From Candidatus Moraniibacteriota bacterium (GTDB taxonomy: Bacteria; Patescibacteriota; Minisyncoccia; Moranbacterales; UBA1568), in the NCBI GenBank assembly GCA_030648835.1, contig JAUSGT010000003.1:1307-65306 (forward strand): a DNA stretch of 64,000 bases, written 5' to 3'. The translations under genes were made by a program, and so were the position numbers. How positions within the stretch are numbered: the stretch's first letter is position 1; every line of letters starts with the position of its first letter. Positions 16,983 through 27,912 of this stretch are shown one piece after another. The notes beneath the pieces are model-generated. The model saw only the letters and a program-made list of their open reading frames with translations. It did not search any database and was not told the DNA's origin.

Positions 16983-18821
16983 TTAAGCGGGGGTTTCTAC
17001 GTGTGCGATTTTCCCTACGATGGCATCGAATTCATCTTTTTCGAGAGTTTCTTTTTCCAAGAGTGTTTTAGCCAAGACATCGAGGATGGCTCGTTTCTCG
17101 GTGAGGATCTCTGTGGCCCGTTTGAAAGCGTGGTCAATAAAGTGAGAAACTTCCGCGTCGATATCTTGGGCGGTTTTTTCCGAATAGTTGCGTTCCTCGT
17201 GCATTTCACGTCCGAGGAAAACCAGTTCATCTTTTTTGCCGAAAGTACGGGCGCCGAGACGGCTCATGCCATAGCGGGTGACCATATTTCTGGCCATAGC
17301 GGTGGCGCGTTCCAGGTCGCTTGACGGTCCGGTAGTGATATCGCCGAAAACAAGTTTCTCACTGGCATAGCCACCAAGAAACATTGCCAGCTCGTCAAGA
17401 AAATAATTGTGTGAATGGAGACCCCTGTCTTCTGTCGGAACAGCTAGCGTGTAGCCACCGGCGTGACCGCGAGAAATAACGGAAACTTTTTGAACCGGAT
17501 CGGCGTAGAGGAGACTGGCGCCGACCAGCGCGTGGCCGCCTTCATGATAGGCAATGATTTCTTTTTCTTTTTTGTTGATAACGCGACTGCGGCGTTCGGG
17601 GCCAAGGATGACCTTTTCGATAGACTCGGTCAATTCCGGCATCCCGATAATTTTTTTATTGCGGCGAGTGGCGAGAATGGCGGCTTCATTGAGGAGATTG
17701 GCCAGATCGGCGCCGGAAAAACCCGGAGTGCGTTCGGCAATCACGCGCAATTTTACGTCCGCTTCCAGTGGCTTGTTTTTGGTGTGGATAACGAGGATTT
17801 GGTCACGTTCGTTGATATCCGGGAGGTCCATCGTGACGCGCCGATCGAAACGACCGGGGCGCAAGAGCGCCGGATCGAGAACATCAGGGCGGTTGGTAGC
17901 GGCGACGACGATGACGCTCGTATCGGTTTCAAAACCATCCATTTCAACAAGAATCTGGTTGAGTGTCTGTTCGCGTTCGTCGTGTCCGCCACCCAGGCCC
18001 GCACCACGGTGACGCCCCACGGCATCAATCTCGTCAATGAAGACAATGGCTGGGGCATTTTTTTTGGCCTGTTTGAACAGGTCGCGCACACGGCTGGCGC
18101 CGACGCCGACAAACATCTCGACGAATTCACTGCCGCTGATATTGAAGAAAGGGACGCCCGCTTCACCGGCAACGGCCTTGGCCATGAGTGTTTTTCCGGT
18201 GCCCGGAGGCCCGAGAAGCAGAACTCCTTTGGGAATCTTGGCCCCCATACTGAGGAATTTCTTCGGGTGTTTCAGAAAGTCGACAATTTCTTCAAGTTCG
18301 GTCTTGGTTTCTTGCGCGCCGGCGATATCGGCGAATGTGGTACGCTTCTTTTTGTCTTTTGGGTCGAGCATTCGTGCCCGGCTCATACCGAAAGAGAGCG
18401 CCTGGGCATTGCCTCGCTGCGCTTGCCGCATCATAAACCAGATGAAGGCGGAAATCAGAATGAAAGGGAGCAAGAAAGGGAGAATGGTCGCCAACCAAAA
18501 ACTCCAGCCGGAATCTTCTTTGACGGTAATGGAGATGCCTTTCAATTTTTCTTTGTCGATGCCGTAATTGGTGAATGTTTCAGAAAGAGAACTTTCGGGT
18601 TCCTTGCTCGCTTTTTGTTTACTGCCATCCTGGAGTTCGATCTCCAAGACGTTGCTTTGGACGGCGATGGTTTTTACCTGGTCCTGGTTTATTTCAGCCA
18701 CCAGCTCACTGAGAGACACCGGCGCGACTTTTTTCCCCGGCGCTTGGTAGAGGATGATGATGCCGGATACGAGAAGAAAGAGCAGTATGAGCGTGGAGAG
18801 ATTTTTCAGAATTTTTTCCAT
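16983..18821 (-). CDS. ftsH: ATP-dependent zinc metalloprotease FtsH
   Basis: N-terminal TM, AAA Walker [27 protein letters not shown], Walker [12 protein letters not shown], second region of homology, zinc site HEGGHA. Confidence 0.95.
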   Translation of the reverse strand: MEKILKNLSTLILLFLLVSGIIILYQAPGKKVAPVSLSELVAEINQDQVKTIAVQSNVLEIELQDGSKQKASKEPESSLSETFTNYGIDKEKLKGISITVKEDSGWSFWLATILPFLLPFILISAFIWFMMRQAQRGNAQALSFGMSRARMLDPKDKKKRTTFADIAGAQETKTELEEIVDFLKHPKKFLSMGAKIPKGVLLLGPPGTGKTLMAKAVAGEAGVPFFNISGSEFVEMFVGVGASRVRDLFKQAKKNAPAIVFIDEIDAVGRHRGAGLGGGHDEREQTLNQILVEMDGFETDTSVIVVAATNRPDVLDPALLRPGRFDRRVTMDLPDINERDQILVIHTKNKPLEADVKLRVIAERTPGFSGADLANLLNEAAILATRRNKKIIGMPELTESIEKVILGPERRSRVINKKEKEIIAYHEGGHALVGASLLYADPVQKVSVISRGHAGGYTLAVPTEDRGLHSHNYFLDELAMFLGGYASEKLVFGDITTGPSSDLERATAMARNMVTRYGMSRLGARTFGKKDELVFLGREMHEERNYSEKTAQDIDAEVSHFIDHAFKRATEILTEKRAILDVLAKTLLEKETLEKDEFDAIVGKIAHVETPA

Positions 18822-18850
18822 ATGGTTTAAGGTAAAATAAAGTTATGGTG

Positions 18851-19915
18851 CTACGAATAGAGCAGGCTCACTCTATCACCTTTTATAACAAATTTCAACC
18901 CTTTGAATGTTACGGTGCGGGTTTTGCTTTTGGTGCTTTTGAGGGCTTTTATGAGTTCGTGGACGATGTTTTTAGTCGGATTTTTTCCGGTGAGGAATGG
19001 GCGCAGCGAGGCGCGCAATTCGTGACGGAGGCGCGTTTCCGGAAGCCCAAGGAGGATGGCGCGAGAAAACTCTCTTCCTTCAGTACCGGGCATGGTAGAA
19101 ATTTTTACCGAAGAACTTTCCAGGCTGGCGTAATCATCGCCAAGGAGGAGCGCTGTTTCCGCGAGAAGCTTGCGTATCTGTGGTTGAAAATCTTTTTCCA
19201 GGTACGGGATAAGCGCATGGCGGATGCGATTGCGGAAATAACGCGGATCGGTATTGCTCATATCTTCTCGGAAGGGGAGAGAGCGTTCTTTGAGGTAACG
19301 CAGAACATCGGCCCGACTCATTTCAATGAGGGGGCGGATAACAAAATTATTTTTTGCGCGCATAGCCGAGAGTCCGGAAAGTCCGGTACCGCGGAGCAAC
19401 CGGAGGAGAAGTGTTTCTGCTTGGTCGTCTCGGTTGTGAGCGACAGCGATAAGTTGCGCGCCTTGTTTTTTACGGAGTGTTTCAAAAAAAGCATAGCGAA
19501 TGTTTCGGAGCACCTCTTCGGAAGTTCTCGCTGATGTTTTCTTTTGGGAGAGAATGGAAAGAGGGAGATGGTAACGGGCGGCTGTTTTTTTTACCAGCGT
19601 CTCATCGAGGTCGGAGGCGTGGCCGCGTAAATGATAATTCACGTGAGCGACGTGAAGCGTGAAAGCATATTTTTTTTGGAGTGTCACCAACACATCCAGG
19701 AGGCAAAGGCTGTCCGGCCCGCCGGAAACACAGACGACGAAGGTGTCGCCCCTGTGCCAGAGCTCAAATTTTTTGACCGTGTTTTGGACACGCTTGATAA
19801 ACTGTCGGGTAAAGGAAGAAGGCGGCGCCTTACGCGGCGTGTTCCTTGATGATGGCGAGGACTTTTTGGATCGCTTCATCGAGCTTACCTTCTTCATTTT
19901 CGATTTTGTAATCAT
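18851..19915 (-). CDS. tilS: tRNA(Ile)-lysidine synthetase
   Basis: PP-loop FVVCVSGGPDSLCLLDVL; conserved tilS-ftsH adjacency; true start uncertain (ORF N-terminus overlaps gmk end by up to 85 nt, probably later/alternative start). Confidence 0.8.
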   Translation of the reverse strand: MITKSKMKKVSSMKRSKKSSPSSRNTPRKAPPSSFTRQFIKRVQNTVKKFELWHRGDTFVVCVSGGPDSLCLLDVLVTLQKKYAFTLHVAHVNYHLRGHASDLDETLVKKTAARYHLPLSILSQKKTSARTSEEVLRNIRYAFFETLRKKQGAQLIAVAHNRDDQAETLLLRLLRGTGLSGLSAMRAKNNFVIRPLIEMSRADVLRYLKERSLPFREDMSNTDPRYFRNRIRHALIPYLEKDFQPQIRKLLAETALLLGDDYASLESSSVKISTMPGTEGREFSRAILLGLPETRLRHELRASLRPFLTGKNPTKNIVHELIKALKSTKSKTRTVTFKGLKFVIKGDRVSLLYS

Positions 19916-20384
19916 AAATGCATTTGGGGAGCCACTCTCTGATATAATGAAGTCGTTTTTCCAAGTATGCTTCGCTCGGGTTGTCGCGCCTTCTTATACG
20001 GCTTTCCAAAACAGAGAGAGAGGCGTGAATAAATAAGATGATGATCTCCGGGAAGAGGCGTTTGGCTGTCAGCGCCCCTTGAAAATCCGTGCGCCATACG
20101 CCGATACGGTCGGAATGTTGTACGCGCTCAAATTCTTCTTTTGTCAGACCGTAGTAATCATCGTTGTACGTTCGGGCATACTCGATAAATTTTTCCTGCG
20201 CGATGCCTTCCAGAAATTTCTTGCGTGAGATGAAATGATACGGGTGCCCGTCGCTTTCCCCCGGACGCATGGCTCGAGTAGTGGTTGTGATAGTCTGCTC
20301 AATGGGGAGGAGTGCTCCGATTCCTTTCAGGATGGCATCTTGCCCGGAGCCGGATGGCCCATACACCACAAACATATTTTTCAT
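19830..20384 (-). CDS. gmk: Guanylate kinase
   Basis: MFVVYGPSGSG P-loop and TTTRAMRPGESDGHPYHFIS (guanylate kinase signature TTR..R.GE.DG..Y.F); ORF extends to 20405, start chosen at MKNMFVV. Confidence 0.75.
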   Translation of the reverse strand: MKNMFVVYGPSGSGQDAILKGIGALLPIEQTITTTTRAMRPGESDGHPYHFISRKKFLEGIAQEKFIEYARTYNDDYYGLTKEEFERVQHSDRIGVWRTDFQGALTAKRLFPEIIILFIHASLSVLESRIRRRDNPSEAYLEKRLHYIREWLPKCIYDYKIENEEGKLDEAIQKVLAIIKEHAA

Positions 20385-20434
20385 AGAGATTTTTTGCAAA
20401 AACATCCTGGACTGTCAGGATGTTTTTGTCGGCC

Positions 20435-21643
20435 TTAGGCCTTATCTTCTTTTTCTTCTTCTTTGGCGGCTTTCTTTTCCTTGACTTCTTTGCCAGCGCC
20501 TTCTTTGACCGGGAGTAACCCCATACGATGGCTCTTGGGTTCAACGGAAAGGATTTTCCAGGAATAGGTTTCTCCTTCTTTGAAAACTTCCTCAATCTTT
20601 TTGCCCGGATAGACTTCTTGGAATTCGCTCACGTGCGCCAACCCGTGGATGTCTTTGTTCAAGTAGACGAAGGCGCCGAAGTGATTGATCTTGTCCACTT
20701 TTCCTGGGACGATGTCGCCTACTTTGTATTTTTCCAAAACGGCATTCCAAGGATCTTCTTTGAGCGCTTTCATAGACAGTGAAATGCGGGTGTCTTCGAT
20801 ACCGATGATCTTGGCTTGTATGCGGTCACCGGTTTTGATTATTTCTCGTGGATCATCGATAAGTTGCCACGCCAGTTCGGAAATATGCACCAAACCCTCC
20901 AGTTTTTCGGCGAGCCTCTTCTCACCTTCTTTGGTTGGTGGGGCGAATTTTACGAAGGCGCCGAAGTCGACGACGCCGCTGACCTCGCCTTCCACAATCT
21001 CACCGACGCGCAAGAGGTTGATGAGCTCGCGCTCTTTTTCACTCTGCGCCGCTTTTTCACTGACAATAAGTTTTTCGTTTTCGCGATCGGCATCAAGAAT
21101 ACGCACATGCACTTCTTGCCCGATGAGTTTCTTCAAGAGGTCAAAAATCTTGTTTTTGTCGCCATCTTCGACACGCGGGTAATGCTCGCTTGATAGTTGA
21201 GAAACAGGGAGGAACCCTACAATGCCATTGACTTCGATCATGAGACCCCCTTTGTTGGCTTCAACCACCTTGGTAGTCACCACTTCGCGGTTGGTCAGTT
21301 TGTGTTCGATGTCATCCCAGGATTTCTCATAAGAAGCTTCGCGGATAGAAAGTTCGATATAGCCGTCCTCGTTCTCATAGTCCATGAGGGTAGCGATGAT
21401 AGCGGTACCAACTTTCAGTTTGCCTTCCGGACCAAGTCCATCACGCATTTCTTTTCCGAGAACAATACCGGTTCCGAGCGGTCCCAAATCAATCAGAGCG
21501 GAACTGGAAGCCACGTGAATGACGGTACCATGAATAACGTCGCCTATCTCGGGCACTTCCACGACGTGTTTGGTGAGGAGTTCTCCCATCGGAGACGAAT
21601 CGACAATAACTTCTTTTTCTTTGGTTAGTGTAGCTTTAGTCAT
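20435..21643 (-). CDS. rpsA: 30S ribosomal protein S1 (four S1 domains, compact form)
   Basis: Repeated S1-domain motifs (G.V..V..FGAFV...GL.H.SE) e.g. GEVSGVVDFGAFVKF, GLVHISEL, GLAHVSEF; 402 aa. Confidence 0.8.
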   Translation of the reverse strand: MTKATLTKEKEVIVDSSPMGELLTKHVVEVPEIGDVIHGTVIHVASSSALIDLGPLGTGIVLGKEMRDGLGPEGKLKVGTAIIATLMDYENEDGYIELSIREASYEKSWDDIEHKLTNREVVTTKVVEANKGGLMIEVNGIVGFLPVSQLSSEHYPRVEDGDKNKIFDLLKKLIGQEVHVRILDADRENEKLIVSEKAAQSEKERELINLLRVGEIVEGEVSGVVDFGAFVKFAPPTKEGEKRLAEKLEGLVHISELAWQLIDDPREIIKTGDRIQAKIIGIEDTRISLSMKALKEDPWNAVLEKYKVGDIVPGKVDKINHFGAFVYLNKDIHGLAHVSEFQEVYPGKKIEEVFKEGETYSWKILSVEPKSHRMGLLPVKEGAGKEVKEKKAAKEEEKEDKA

Positions 21644-21980
21644 AGTAATGCTGTTTGAGGAATTTGCGAGGGCGCTCTCTCGCGATAATGATTAATGAGC
21701 GACAAACCTTTTTTAAAACAAAAAACACCGACAGTAAATGAGAGTGTTTGGAAAACAAGTGAGAGAAGGGGATTGAAAAGCATCCCGTATTCAGTTGTGT
21801 TATCCAATTACCTCAGAACCCAGTATAGCCGAGCTTTACGTTTTTGGCAAGAGGGGGGAAAGGTGGTGAAAATGTTTCAAAAGGGACCGGTTTTTTAGGT
21901 AGACAGGGGTGAGTAAATATGATAAACTGGATAAAGTCCGATGAGATGCGGAGGTTTTGTTAGTTCTCTATTCTGCTCAT

Positions 21981-22640
21981 ATGAACATTCAATATTACGG
22001 AGATTTTTGTTTTAAAATAAGCACCAAGCCGGCTGGCCGGGCGACGGAAGATATCATTATCTGGACTGATCCGCTGCAAAAGGGGGCTGGGCTGCGTTCT
22101 CCGCAGGGGCAAGTGGATCTTGTATTTTTGTCGCATGAAAAAAAGGAAGATGTGCAAAGCGCGCTCAAAGATGGAACCATTATTTTTGATGCTCCCGGAG
22201 AGTATGCCTCCAAGGGCGTTTCCGCTTTGGGCTTTCAGAGCTATCGGGATGCTGCTTTAGGCGCGGAAAGGGGACAAAATACTATTTTTACTTTTGAGAG
22301 CGAAGATATCCATGTTTGTTATTTGGGGGCGTTGGGGCATGACATCACACCGGAACTTTTGGAAAAATTAAATGGGGTGGATGTGCTGTTCATCCCGATA
22401 GGCGGAGCGGATACGATCTCTGCCAAGGTGGCGGCAGAATTGGTTCGCAAAATTGAGCCGAGTATTGTTATCCCGATGCACTATATGATTGCCGGGCTGA
22501 CACTGCCTCTGGAAACGGAAAAGGCCTTTTGCAATGCCATCGGCAACTGTCCGATGCAGGCGCTCCCCAAGCTCAATATCAAAAAGAAAGATCTGGAAGG
22601 CAAGCCAATGGAAGTGGTTCTTTTAGAGCGAGGTGTATAA
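21981..22640 (+). CDS. MBL-fold metal-dependent hydrolase, UPF0173 family
   Basis: N-terminal MNIQYYGDFCFKI and VDVLFIPIGGADTISAKVAAELVRKIEPSIVIPMHY match UPF0173/YtkL-like proteins. Confidence 0.6.
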   Translation: MNIQYYGDFCFKISTKPAGRATEDIIIWTDPLQKGAGLRSPQGQVDLVFLSHEKKEDVQSALKDGTIIFDAPGEYASKGVSALGFQSYRDAALGAERGQNTIFTFESEDIHVCYLGALGHDITPELLEKLNGVDVLFIPIGGADTISAKVAAELVRKIEPSIVIPMHYMIAGLTLPLETEKAFCNAIGNCPMQALPKLNIKKKDLEGKPMEVVLLERGV

Positions 22641-22765
22641 TAAAAACTTCTAGGTTTGGTACATTTCTTTGTTCCAAGCTCCGGTGCTCGACACGGTACT
22701 ATGAAGTACCGCTTACTTCGCGCCTCGCTTGTGCCGCGAACTGTACTCAAACCTAAAAGTTTTTT

Positions 22766-23140
22766 GTGAAAGTGATTATGGCGCGTGGTTTTTGGGAGAA
22801 AATAGAGTGGGTGAGGCGGCAGCCGGAACATATCCGGATGCGTTACGTGCTCGGCTCCCTCTTTGTTTCTATGGTGTTCATCCTCGGTATCTGGTTTTTG
22901 TCGCTGGCGGAGAGTTTTCAAAGTATTAAACAAGACACTTCAGCCGCCGCTTTCAAGGGTAAAGAGCTTTTACCAAAGGAAGGCGTGCCATCACTCTCCG
23001 GTCTTTTGGAGCAGGCGACGCCGCTAAGAGTGGACGGACAAGGGGAGAAGACAGGCAAGGAATATTTTAATGAGCAATTCCCATCCAATACACAGAGTAC
23101 AAGTGAGGGCATACAAAACAGTCAACCAGCAACTCCTTAA
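22766..23140 (+). CDS. Hypothetical small membrane-anchored protein upstream of gyrA
   Basis: 124 aa, one TM (YVLGSLFVSMVFILGIWFL). Confidence 0.35.
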   Translation: MKVIMARGFWEKIEWVRRQPEHIRMRYVLGSLFVSMVFILGIWFLSLAESFQSIKQDTSAAAFKGKELLPKEGVPSLSGLLEQATPLRVDGQGEKTGKEYFNEQFPSNTQSTSEGIQNSQPATP

Positions 23141-23149
23141 AGAAAACAT

Positions 23150-25600
23150 ATGCCGGAAGAAAAAGCATTTCATGACGGAAAAATCGAATCTCGCTCTATC
23201 ACGGACGAAGTGCGGCAATCGTATCTCGACTACGCGATGAGCGTCATCGTGGCGCGAGCTCTGCCGGATGTGCGCGATGGGTTGAAGCCGGTGCACCGGC
23301 GCATCTTGTATTCGATGTGGTCAACGGGGCTGCGTTCCACCGCCAAGTTTCGCAAGTCAGCTACCGTCGTCGGTGAAGTGTTGGGGAAATACCATCCGCA
23401 CGGCGATACCGCTGTCTATGACACGATGGTGCGTTTGGCACAGGATTTTTCTTTGCGTTACCCTCTCGTGTGGGGACAGGGAAACTTTGGATCGATGGAT
23501 GGTGACAGCGCGGCAGCCTACCGGTATACCGAAGCCAAGCTGGCGGCCATTGCCGAAGAAATGCTTCTCGATATAGATAAAGACACCGTAGATTTCATTC
23601 CAAATTTCGATGGGATGCACGAAGAACCACTGGTGCTCCCGGCCAAATTGCCACAGCTCCTTTTAAACGGCACCGTCGGTATCGCGGTCGGCATGGCCAC
23701 CAACATCCCGCCGCATAATTTGAATGAGTTGGTGGACGGCATCTGTCATTTGATCGAATTTCCGGAAGCTTCTGTGGATGATCTGATGCAATTCATCAAA
23801 GGGCCGGATTTTCCTACAGGGGGGACTATTTATAACGTGAAGGATATTCGCGAGGCCTATGCTACCGGCAAGGGGCCGATTATGGCGCGCGCCAAAGCGG
23901 AGATCGTGGAAAATAAAGCCGGACAATTCCAAATTGTCATTACCGAAATGACCTACGCGACGAACAAGTCGGCGCTCATTATGAAGATTGCCGAGTTGGT
24001 GAAGGAAGATAAATTGCAGGGGATCAAAGACCTGCGCGATGAGTCCGATCGTCAGGGGGTACGCATCGTGGTGGACCTCAAGAAGGAAGCTTTCCCGCAG
24101 AAAGTTCTGAACACACTGTATCAGATGACGGATCTGCAGAAGAATTTCAACGTGAATATGCTCGCTTTGGTGGACGGCGTGGACCCGCAGATTCTTACTC
24201 TCAAGGCCATTCTCGAACACTATATCAAGCACCGTGAGAAAGTGGTGGTGCGTCGGACGGAACATGATTTGCGTAAGACCAAAGACCGCGCGCATATTTT
24301 GGAAGGTTTGAAAAAAGCTCTTGATCACATTGATGCCATTATCGAGACTATCAAGAAGTCGCCGACCAAAGAGGAGGCGCATGTAAACCTGATGAGAAAG
24401 TTCAAGCTTTCCGAGTTGCAAACGACGGCCATCCTCGAAATGCGGTTGCAGACATTGGCCGGGCTAGAGCGCAAGAAAATCGAAGACGAGTTGGAAGAGA
24501 AAATGAAATTGATCGCGTATCTGGAAGACCTTTTGAAACATCGCAAAAAGATTCTCATGTTGGTGAAGAGCGAGCTTGTGGAGGTGAAAGAAAAATTTGG
24601 CGATGAACGGAGAACGAGAGTGATAAAGACCGGCGTATCCGAATTCAAGCAGGAGGATCTCATCCCCAATGATGAAGCGATTATCACGCTCACCGAAGAT
24701 GGCTATATCAAGCGTATGAACCCGAGTGTCTATCGGGTGCAGAAGCGCGGGGGTAAGGGAGTTATTGGCGCAACCACCAAAGAAGAAGATCGTATCGCCC
24801 AAGTGCTCTCGATCGAAACCCACGACAATCTGATGTTTTTCACGAACACCGGCAAAGTCTTTCAGACCAAGGCGTATGAGATTCCGGAATCTTCCCGTAC
24901 TTCCAAGGGACAGGCCATCGTGAATTTTCTGCAAGTGGCGCAGGAAGAAAAAATCACCGCGATGATCGCTTTTTCCAACAACGACGCGTTCAAATATCTT
25001 TTTATGGCGACCGAGAACGGAACGATCAAGAAAAGCAAGTTGGAAGACTTCGAAAATGTGCGCCGCAGTGGACTCATCGCCATCGGTCTCGATAAGGGCG
25101 ATACGCTCGGCTGGGTGCGCCCGACGACGGGGAGTGATGACGCGGTACTCACCACGAGCGATGGGCAAGCCATCCGTTTCCGAGAAACCGATGTTCGTCC
25201 GATGGGGCGGAACGCTTCGGGGGTGCGTGGCATGAAATTGAAAGGCAATGATAAAATTATCGGTATGGATATCGTCCCGAAGGGAGACAAGGGGTTGGAA
25301 TTGCTCATTCTTTCCCAGAATGGTTTTGGGAAAAGAAGCGAACTGAAATCATACAAGGTGCAAAAGCGCGGTGGGTCCGGCATCAAGACCATGAAAGTGA
25401 CTCCGAAAACCGGCAAGCTCGTTGGCGCCGCGATTACCAGTCTGGCGGTCATCGAGGACGATCTTATCCTGACTTCCGAAAAAGGTACTATTATTCGCGT
25501 GCCATTCAAGAGCGTACCGCTTCTCGGCCGGGTGACGCAGGGCGTGCGTGTGATGAAGCCTCAACCGGGCGACGGTGTCGCAGCATTTACCTTGCTATAA
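23150..25600 (+). CDS. gyrA: DNA gyrase subunit A
   Basis: [42 protein letters not shown] with active-site Tyr context [11 protein letters not shown]; 816 aa with C-terminal beta-pinwheel repeats. Confidence 0.95.
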   Translation: MPEEKAFHDGKIESRSITDEVRQSYLDYAMSVIVARALPDVRDGLKPVHRRILYSMWSTGLRSTAKFRKSATVVGEVLGKYHPHGDTAVYDTMVRLAQDFSLRYPLVWGQGNFGSMDGDSAAAYRYTEAKLAAIAEEMLLDIDKDTVDFIPNFDGMHEEPLVLPAKLPQLLLNGTVGIAVGMATNIPPHNLNELVDGICHLIEFPEASVDDLMQFIKGPDFPTGGTIYNVKDIREAYATGKGPIMARAKAEIVENKAGQFQIVITEMTYATNKSALIMKIAELVKEDKLQGIKDLRDESDRQGVRIVVDLKKEAFPQKVLNTLYQMTDLQKNFNVNMLALVDGVDPQILTLKAILEHYIKHREKVVVRRTEHDLRKTKDRAHILEGLKKALDHIDAIIETIKKSPTKEEAHVNLMRKFKLSELQTTAILEMRLQTLAGLERKKIEDELEEKMKLIAYLEDLLKHRKKILMLVKSELVEVKEKFGDERRTRVIKTGVSEFKQEDLIPNDEAIITLTEDGYIKRMNPSVYRVQKRGGKGVIGATTKEEDRIAQVLSIETHDNLMFFTNTGKVFQTKAYEIPESSRTSKGQAIVNFLQVAQEEKITAMIAFSNNDAFKYLFMATENGTIKKSKLEDFENVRRSGLIAIGLDKGDTLGWVRPTTGSDDAVLTTSDGQAIRFRETDVRPMGRNASGVRGMKLKGNDKIIGMDIVPKGDKGLELLILSQNGFGKRSELKSYKVQKRGGSGIKTMKVTPKTGKLVGAAITSLAVIEDDLILTSEKGTIIRVPFKSVPLLGRVTQGVRVMKPQPGDGVAAFTLL

Positions 25601-25815
25601 TCTTCTTACATCTTAGACATAGCTCTGCTCAACAACCAAAAGTAATCTTTTGTCATTATTTCACCTCTCAGGAGGGTTCTCGGTTACCGAAAAAAGCAAA
25701 CACTAATCGACGGCGGAAATATTCCTTTTTTCGAACCGAAAACCCTCCTTCAGTCATTGTGAAACAAACGCCAAAAAATTCTTTTGGTTATTGAACTATA
25801 AACGTCAAACATCCC

Positions 25816-25846
25816 GACCTCACCTTTTGAAGAGTGAGGTTTTTGT
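25816..25846 (+). terminator. Rho-independent terminator closing the ORF-free segment downstream of gyrA
   Basis: GACCTCAC/GTGAGGT stem followed by TTTTTG; immediately followed by TTGACA...TACAGT promoter for 25912 ORF. Confidence 0.5.
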
Positions 25847-25911
25847 GTTGACAAAAAGGTTATTTTTGCGCTACAGTCGGCGTATCTCAAACTCATCCGA
25901 GGAGTGGAAAG

Positions 25912-26478
25912 ATGAAAGTATATCGATTCGAGTACGCTCCGAAAGGAAGGGTCCCGTTTCGGGATATTTCTTCGGTGGTATCGGCTGGCCTCGAACTTCT
26001 GAAGCAGAAGACCCGTAGCGTTGAAGAAAAAGGACCCCAACTTCTGTGTTGCCAAGCAGTGGATGGTCCTTTGCGGCCAACACAGTCGAGAGATCCCATT
26101 GCTGTAGGATTCATGGATGCGGACCTGCTGGAAGGAACGGAAATGCGTCTTACGTTCGCCTCTGTGGAGTACCACGACATTTCTCTACCGTACGGAGAAC
26201 GGTACAATACACAGATTCCGGCGGGGATATTTTGTCGGCAGCCGTGTGAAGAAAAATGGGATGCCCCTGTTTATATCACGTGTTGTCCGAAAAGTAGATC
26301 CGTTATTCTTTGGGCACAGATTGTAGAAGAAGAGAGTCTCGCTCTTTGTCAACGGGCCTTTTACACCCTTCTTCAGGGGGTTGAAGAGCGGCTTGTAGAT
26401 TCGGCGTTGTTCCATGGACAATTGCTGTCAAGTTTGCGCGCCTGGGAGATAAGGGCGTTGATTTTGAAAAAAGTATGA
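25912..26478 (+). CDS. Hypothetical Cys-rich protein
   Basis: 188-aa ORF, higher GC than surroundings, several Cys (CCQ, CRQPCEE, CCP); no family recognised. Confidence 0.35.
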   Translation: MKVYRFEYAPKGRVPFRDISSVVSAGLELLKQKTRSVEEKGPQLLCCQAVDGPLRPTQSRDPIAVGFMDADLLEGTEMRLTFASVEYHDISLPYGERYNTQIPAGIFCRQPCEEKWDAPVYITCCPKSRSVILWAQIVEEESLALCQRAFYTLLQGVEERLVDSALFHGQLLSSLRAWEIRALILKKV

Positions 26479-26497
26479 GCCGTCGCTTCGTGATGTC

Positions 26498-26534
26498 TCT
26501 CTCCTGGTCAGTGACTGGGAGAGGACGTTTTTTT
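26498..26534 (+). terminator. Putative terminator
   Basis: CTCTCC...GGAGAG stem then ACGTTTTTTT; followed by extended -10 TGTTATAAT at 26553-26561. Confidence 0.45.
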
Positions 26535-26692
26535 ATCGGGGTATTTGGATATGTTATAATGAATCCCGCACTATGCTTTCACAAGCGTTGTATCAGGGCT
26601 TTGTTTTTCAAGTCTGAGGAGCACTGCTCCGCATGTTGACACACGTGGTTTCCTGCATGGTGCGGGATGAATCGCTTATAATATTACTTTTT

Positions 26693-27877
26693 ATGGATAC
26701 ATCACTTTCAGCTCTCAAACCACGCCGTAAGACACGCGTTGTTATGGTGGGGGACATCGGTATCGGAGGAGACAATCCGGTTCGGGTACAGACGATGACC
26801 AATACGGATACGCTCGATATCTTGGCTACCGTGGCGCAAATAAAGGCTTGTGTAAAGGCGGGGAGCGAGCTCATTCGTTTGACGACGCCGACCCCGAAAC
26901 ACGCCCAGGCCTTGGAGCCGATTAGAGCCGCGCTCCTCAAAGAGGGGATTGCCGTTCCTCTCATCGCGGATATCCATTTTTTGCCGGCGGCGGCGTTTGA
27001 AGCGCTCAAATGGGCGGACAAGGTGCGCCTCAATCCCGGCAATCTTTTCGACGGGAAAATTTTCCGCAATTTTGAATTTAATGACACGAGTTACGCCGTG
27101 GAGATAGCGCGTATCGAGGAGAGCCTCTTGCCATTTATTGAAGCGGCGAAACAATCGGGCAAGGCGCTGCGCATCGGGTCCAATCACGGTTCGCTTTCCG
27201 ATCGGATCTTGTCGCGTTTCGGCGATACGCCTCTCGGGATGGTGGAGGCGACGATGGAGTATCTGCGTATTTTTCACAAACATGGTTTTGATGATATTGT
27301 GGTGGCTCTGAAATCATCGAATCCTCTGGTGATGATCGAATCCAATCGTTTGCTCATAGCGACGCTTGATAAAGAAGGGATGGACTACCCGATTCATCTC
27401 GGTGTGACGGAGGCGGGCAACGGTGAAGAGGGACGGGCGAAATCGACACTTGGCATCGGGACGCTGCTTATGGAGGGCGTCGGGGATACGATACGTGTTT
27501 CGCTCACAGAGGATCCGGCAAAAGAAATTCCGACGTGTTATGGGATTCTTCAGGCGACACACCGGCGTATCACACGGACGGAATTCATCTCCTGTCCTTC
27601 TTGCGGGCGCACCTTGTTCGATATTGAGCCGGTCACGAATATTATCAAGGAGCGTATGGGGCACTTGAAGGGTCTGCATATCGCTATCATGGGGTGTATC
27701 GTCAATGGTTTGGGAGAAATGGCGGATGCTGACTATGGCTACGTGGGTGGCGCGCACGGGCAGGTGAGTCTCTATCGTAAAAAGGAACTGGTGAAACGCA
27801 ACGTACCGGAAAAAGAAGCGGTAGAAGAGCTTATCAATCTGATCAAATCGGATGGAAAATGGATAGAGGCGCAGTAG
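26693..27877 (+). CDS. ispG: 4-hydroxy-3-methylbut-2-en-1-yl diphosphate synthase (MEP pathway)
   Basis: VMVGDIGIGGDNPVRVQTMTNTDT and Fe-S cysteines CPSCGRT ... GCIVNG; start at MDTS in ORF 26633 frame. Confidence 0.85.
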   Translation: MDTSLSALKPRRKTRVVMVGDIGIGGDNPVRVQTMTNTDTLDILATVAQIKACVKAGSELIRLTTPTPKHAQALEPIRAALLKEGIAVPLIADIHFLPAAAFEALKWADKVRLNPGNLFDGKIFRNFEFNDTSYAVEIARIEESLLPFIEAAKQSGKALRIGSNHGSLSDRILSRFGDTPLGMVEATMEYLRIFHKHGFDDIVVALKSSNPLVMIESNRLLIATLDKEGMDYPIHLGVTEAGNGEEGRAKSTLGIGTLLMEGVGDTIRVSLTEDPAKEIPTCYGILQATHRRITRTEFISCPSCGRTLFDIEPVTNIIKERMGHLKGLHIAIMGCIVNGLGEMADADYGYVGGAHGQVSLYRKKELVKRNVPEKEAVEELINLIKSDGKWIEAQ

Positions 27878-27912
27878 GCGGTTGAAGTACGATTGACTTT
27901 AACTTATAGGAT

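Noticed and set aside
17463-18830. 455-aa plus-strand ORF antisense to ftsH, and similar long antisense ORFs (23663..24421 and 24464..25168 opposite gyrA; 30814..32025 opposite pnp; 47819..49228 opposite ahcY; 20685..21182 opposite rpsA)
   Set aside because: They are shadow ORFs on the opposite strand of highly conserved, higher-GC genes whose protein signatures are unambiguous. No independent motifs or RBS are visible.
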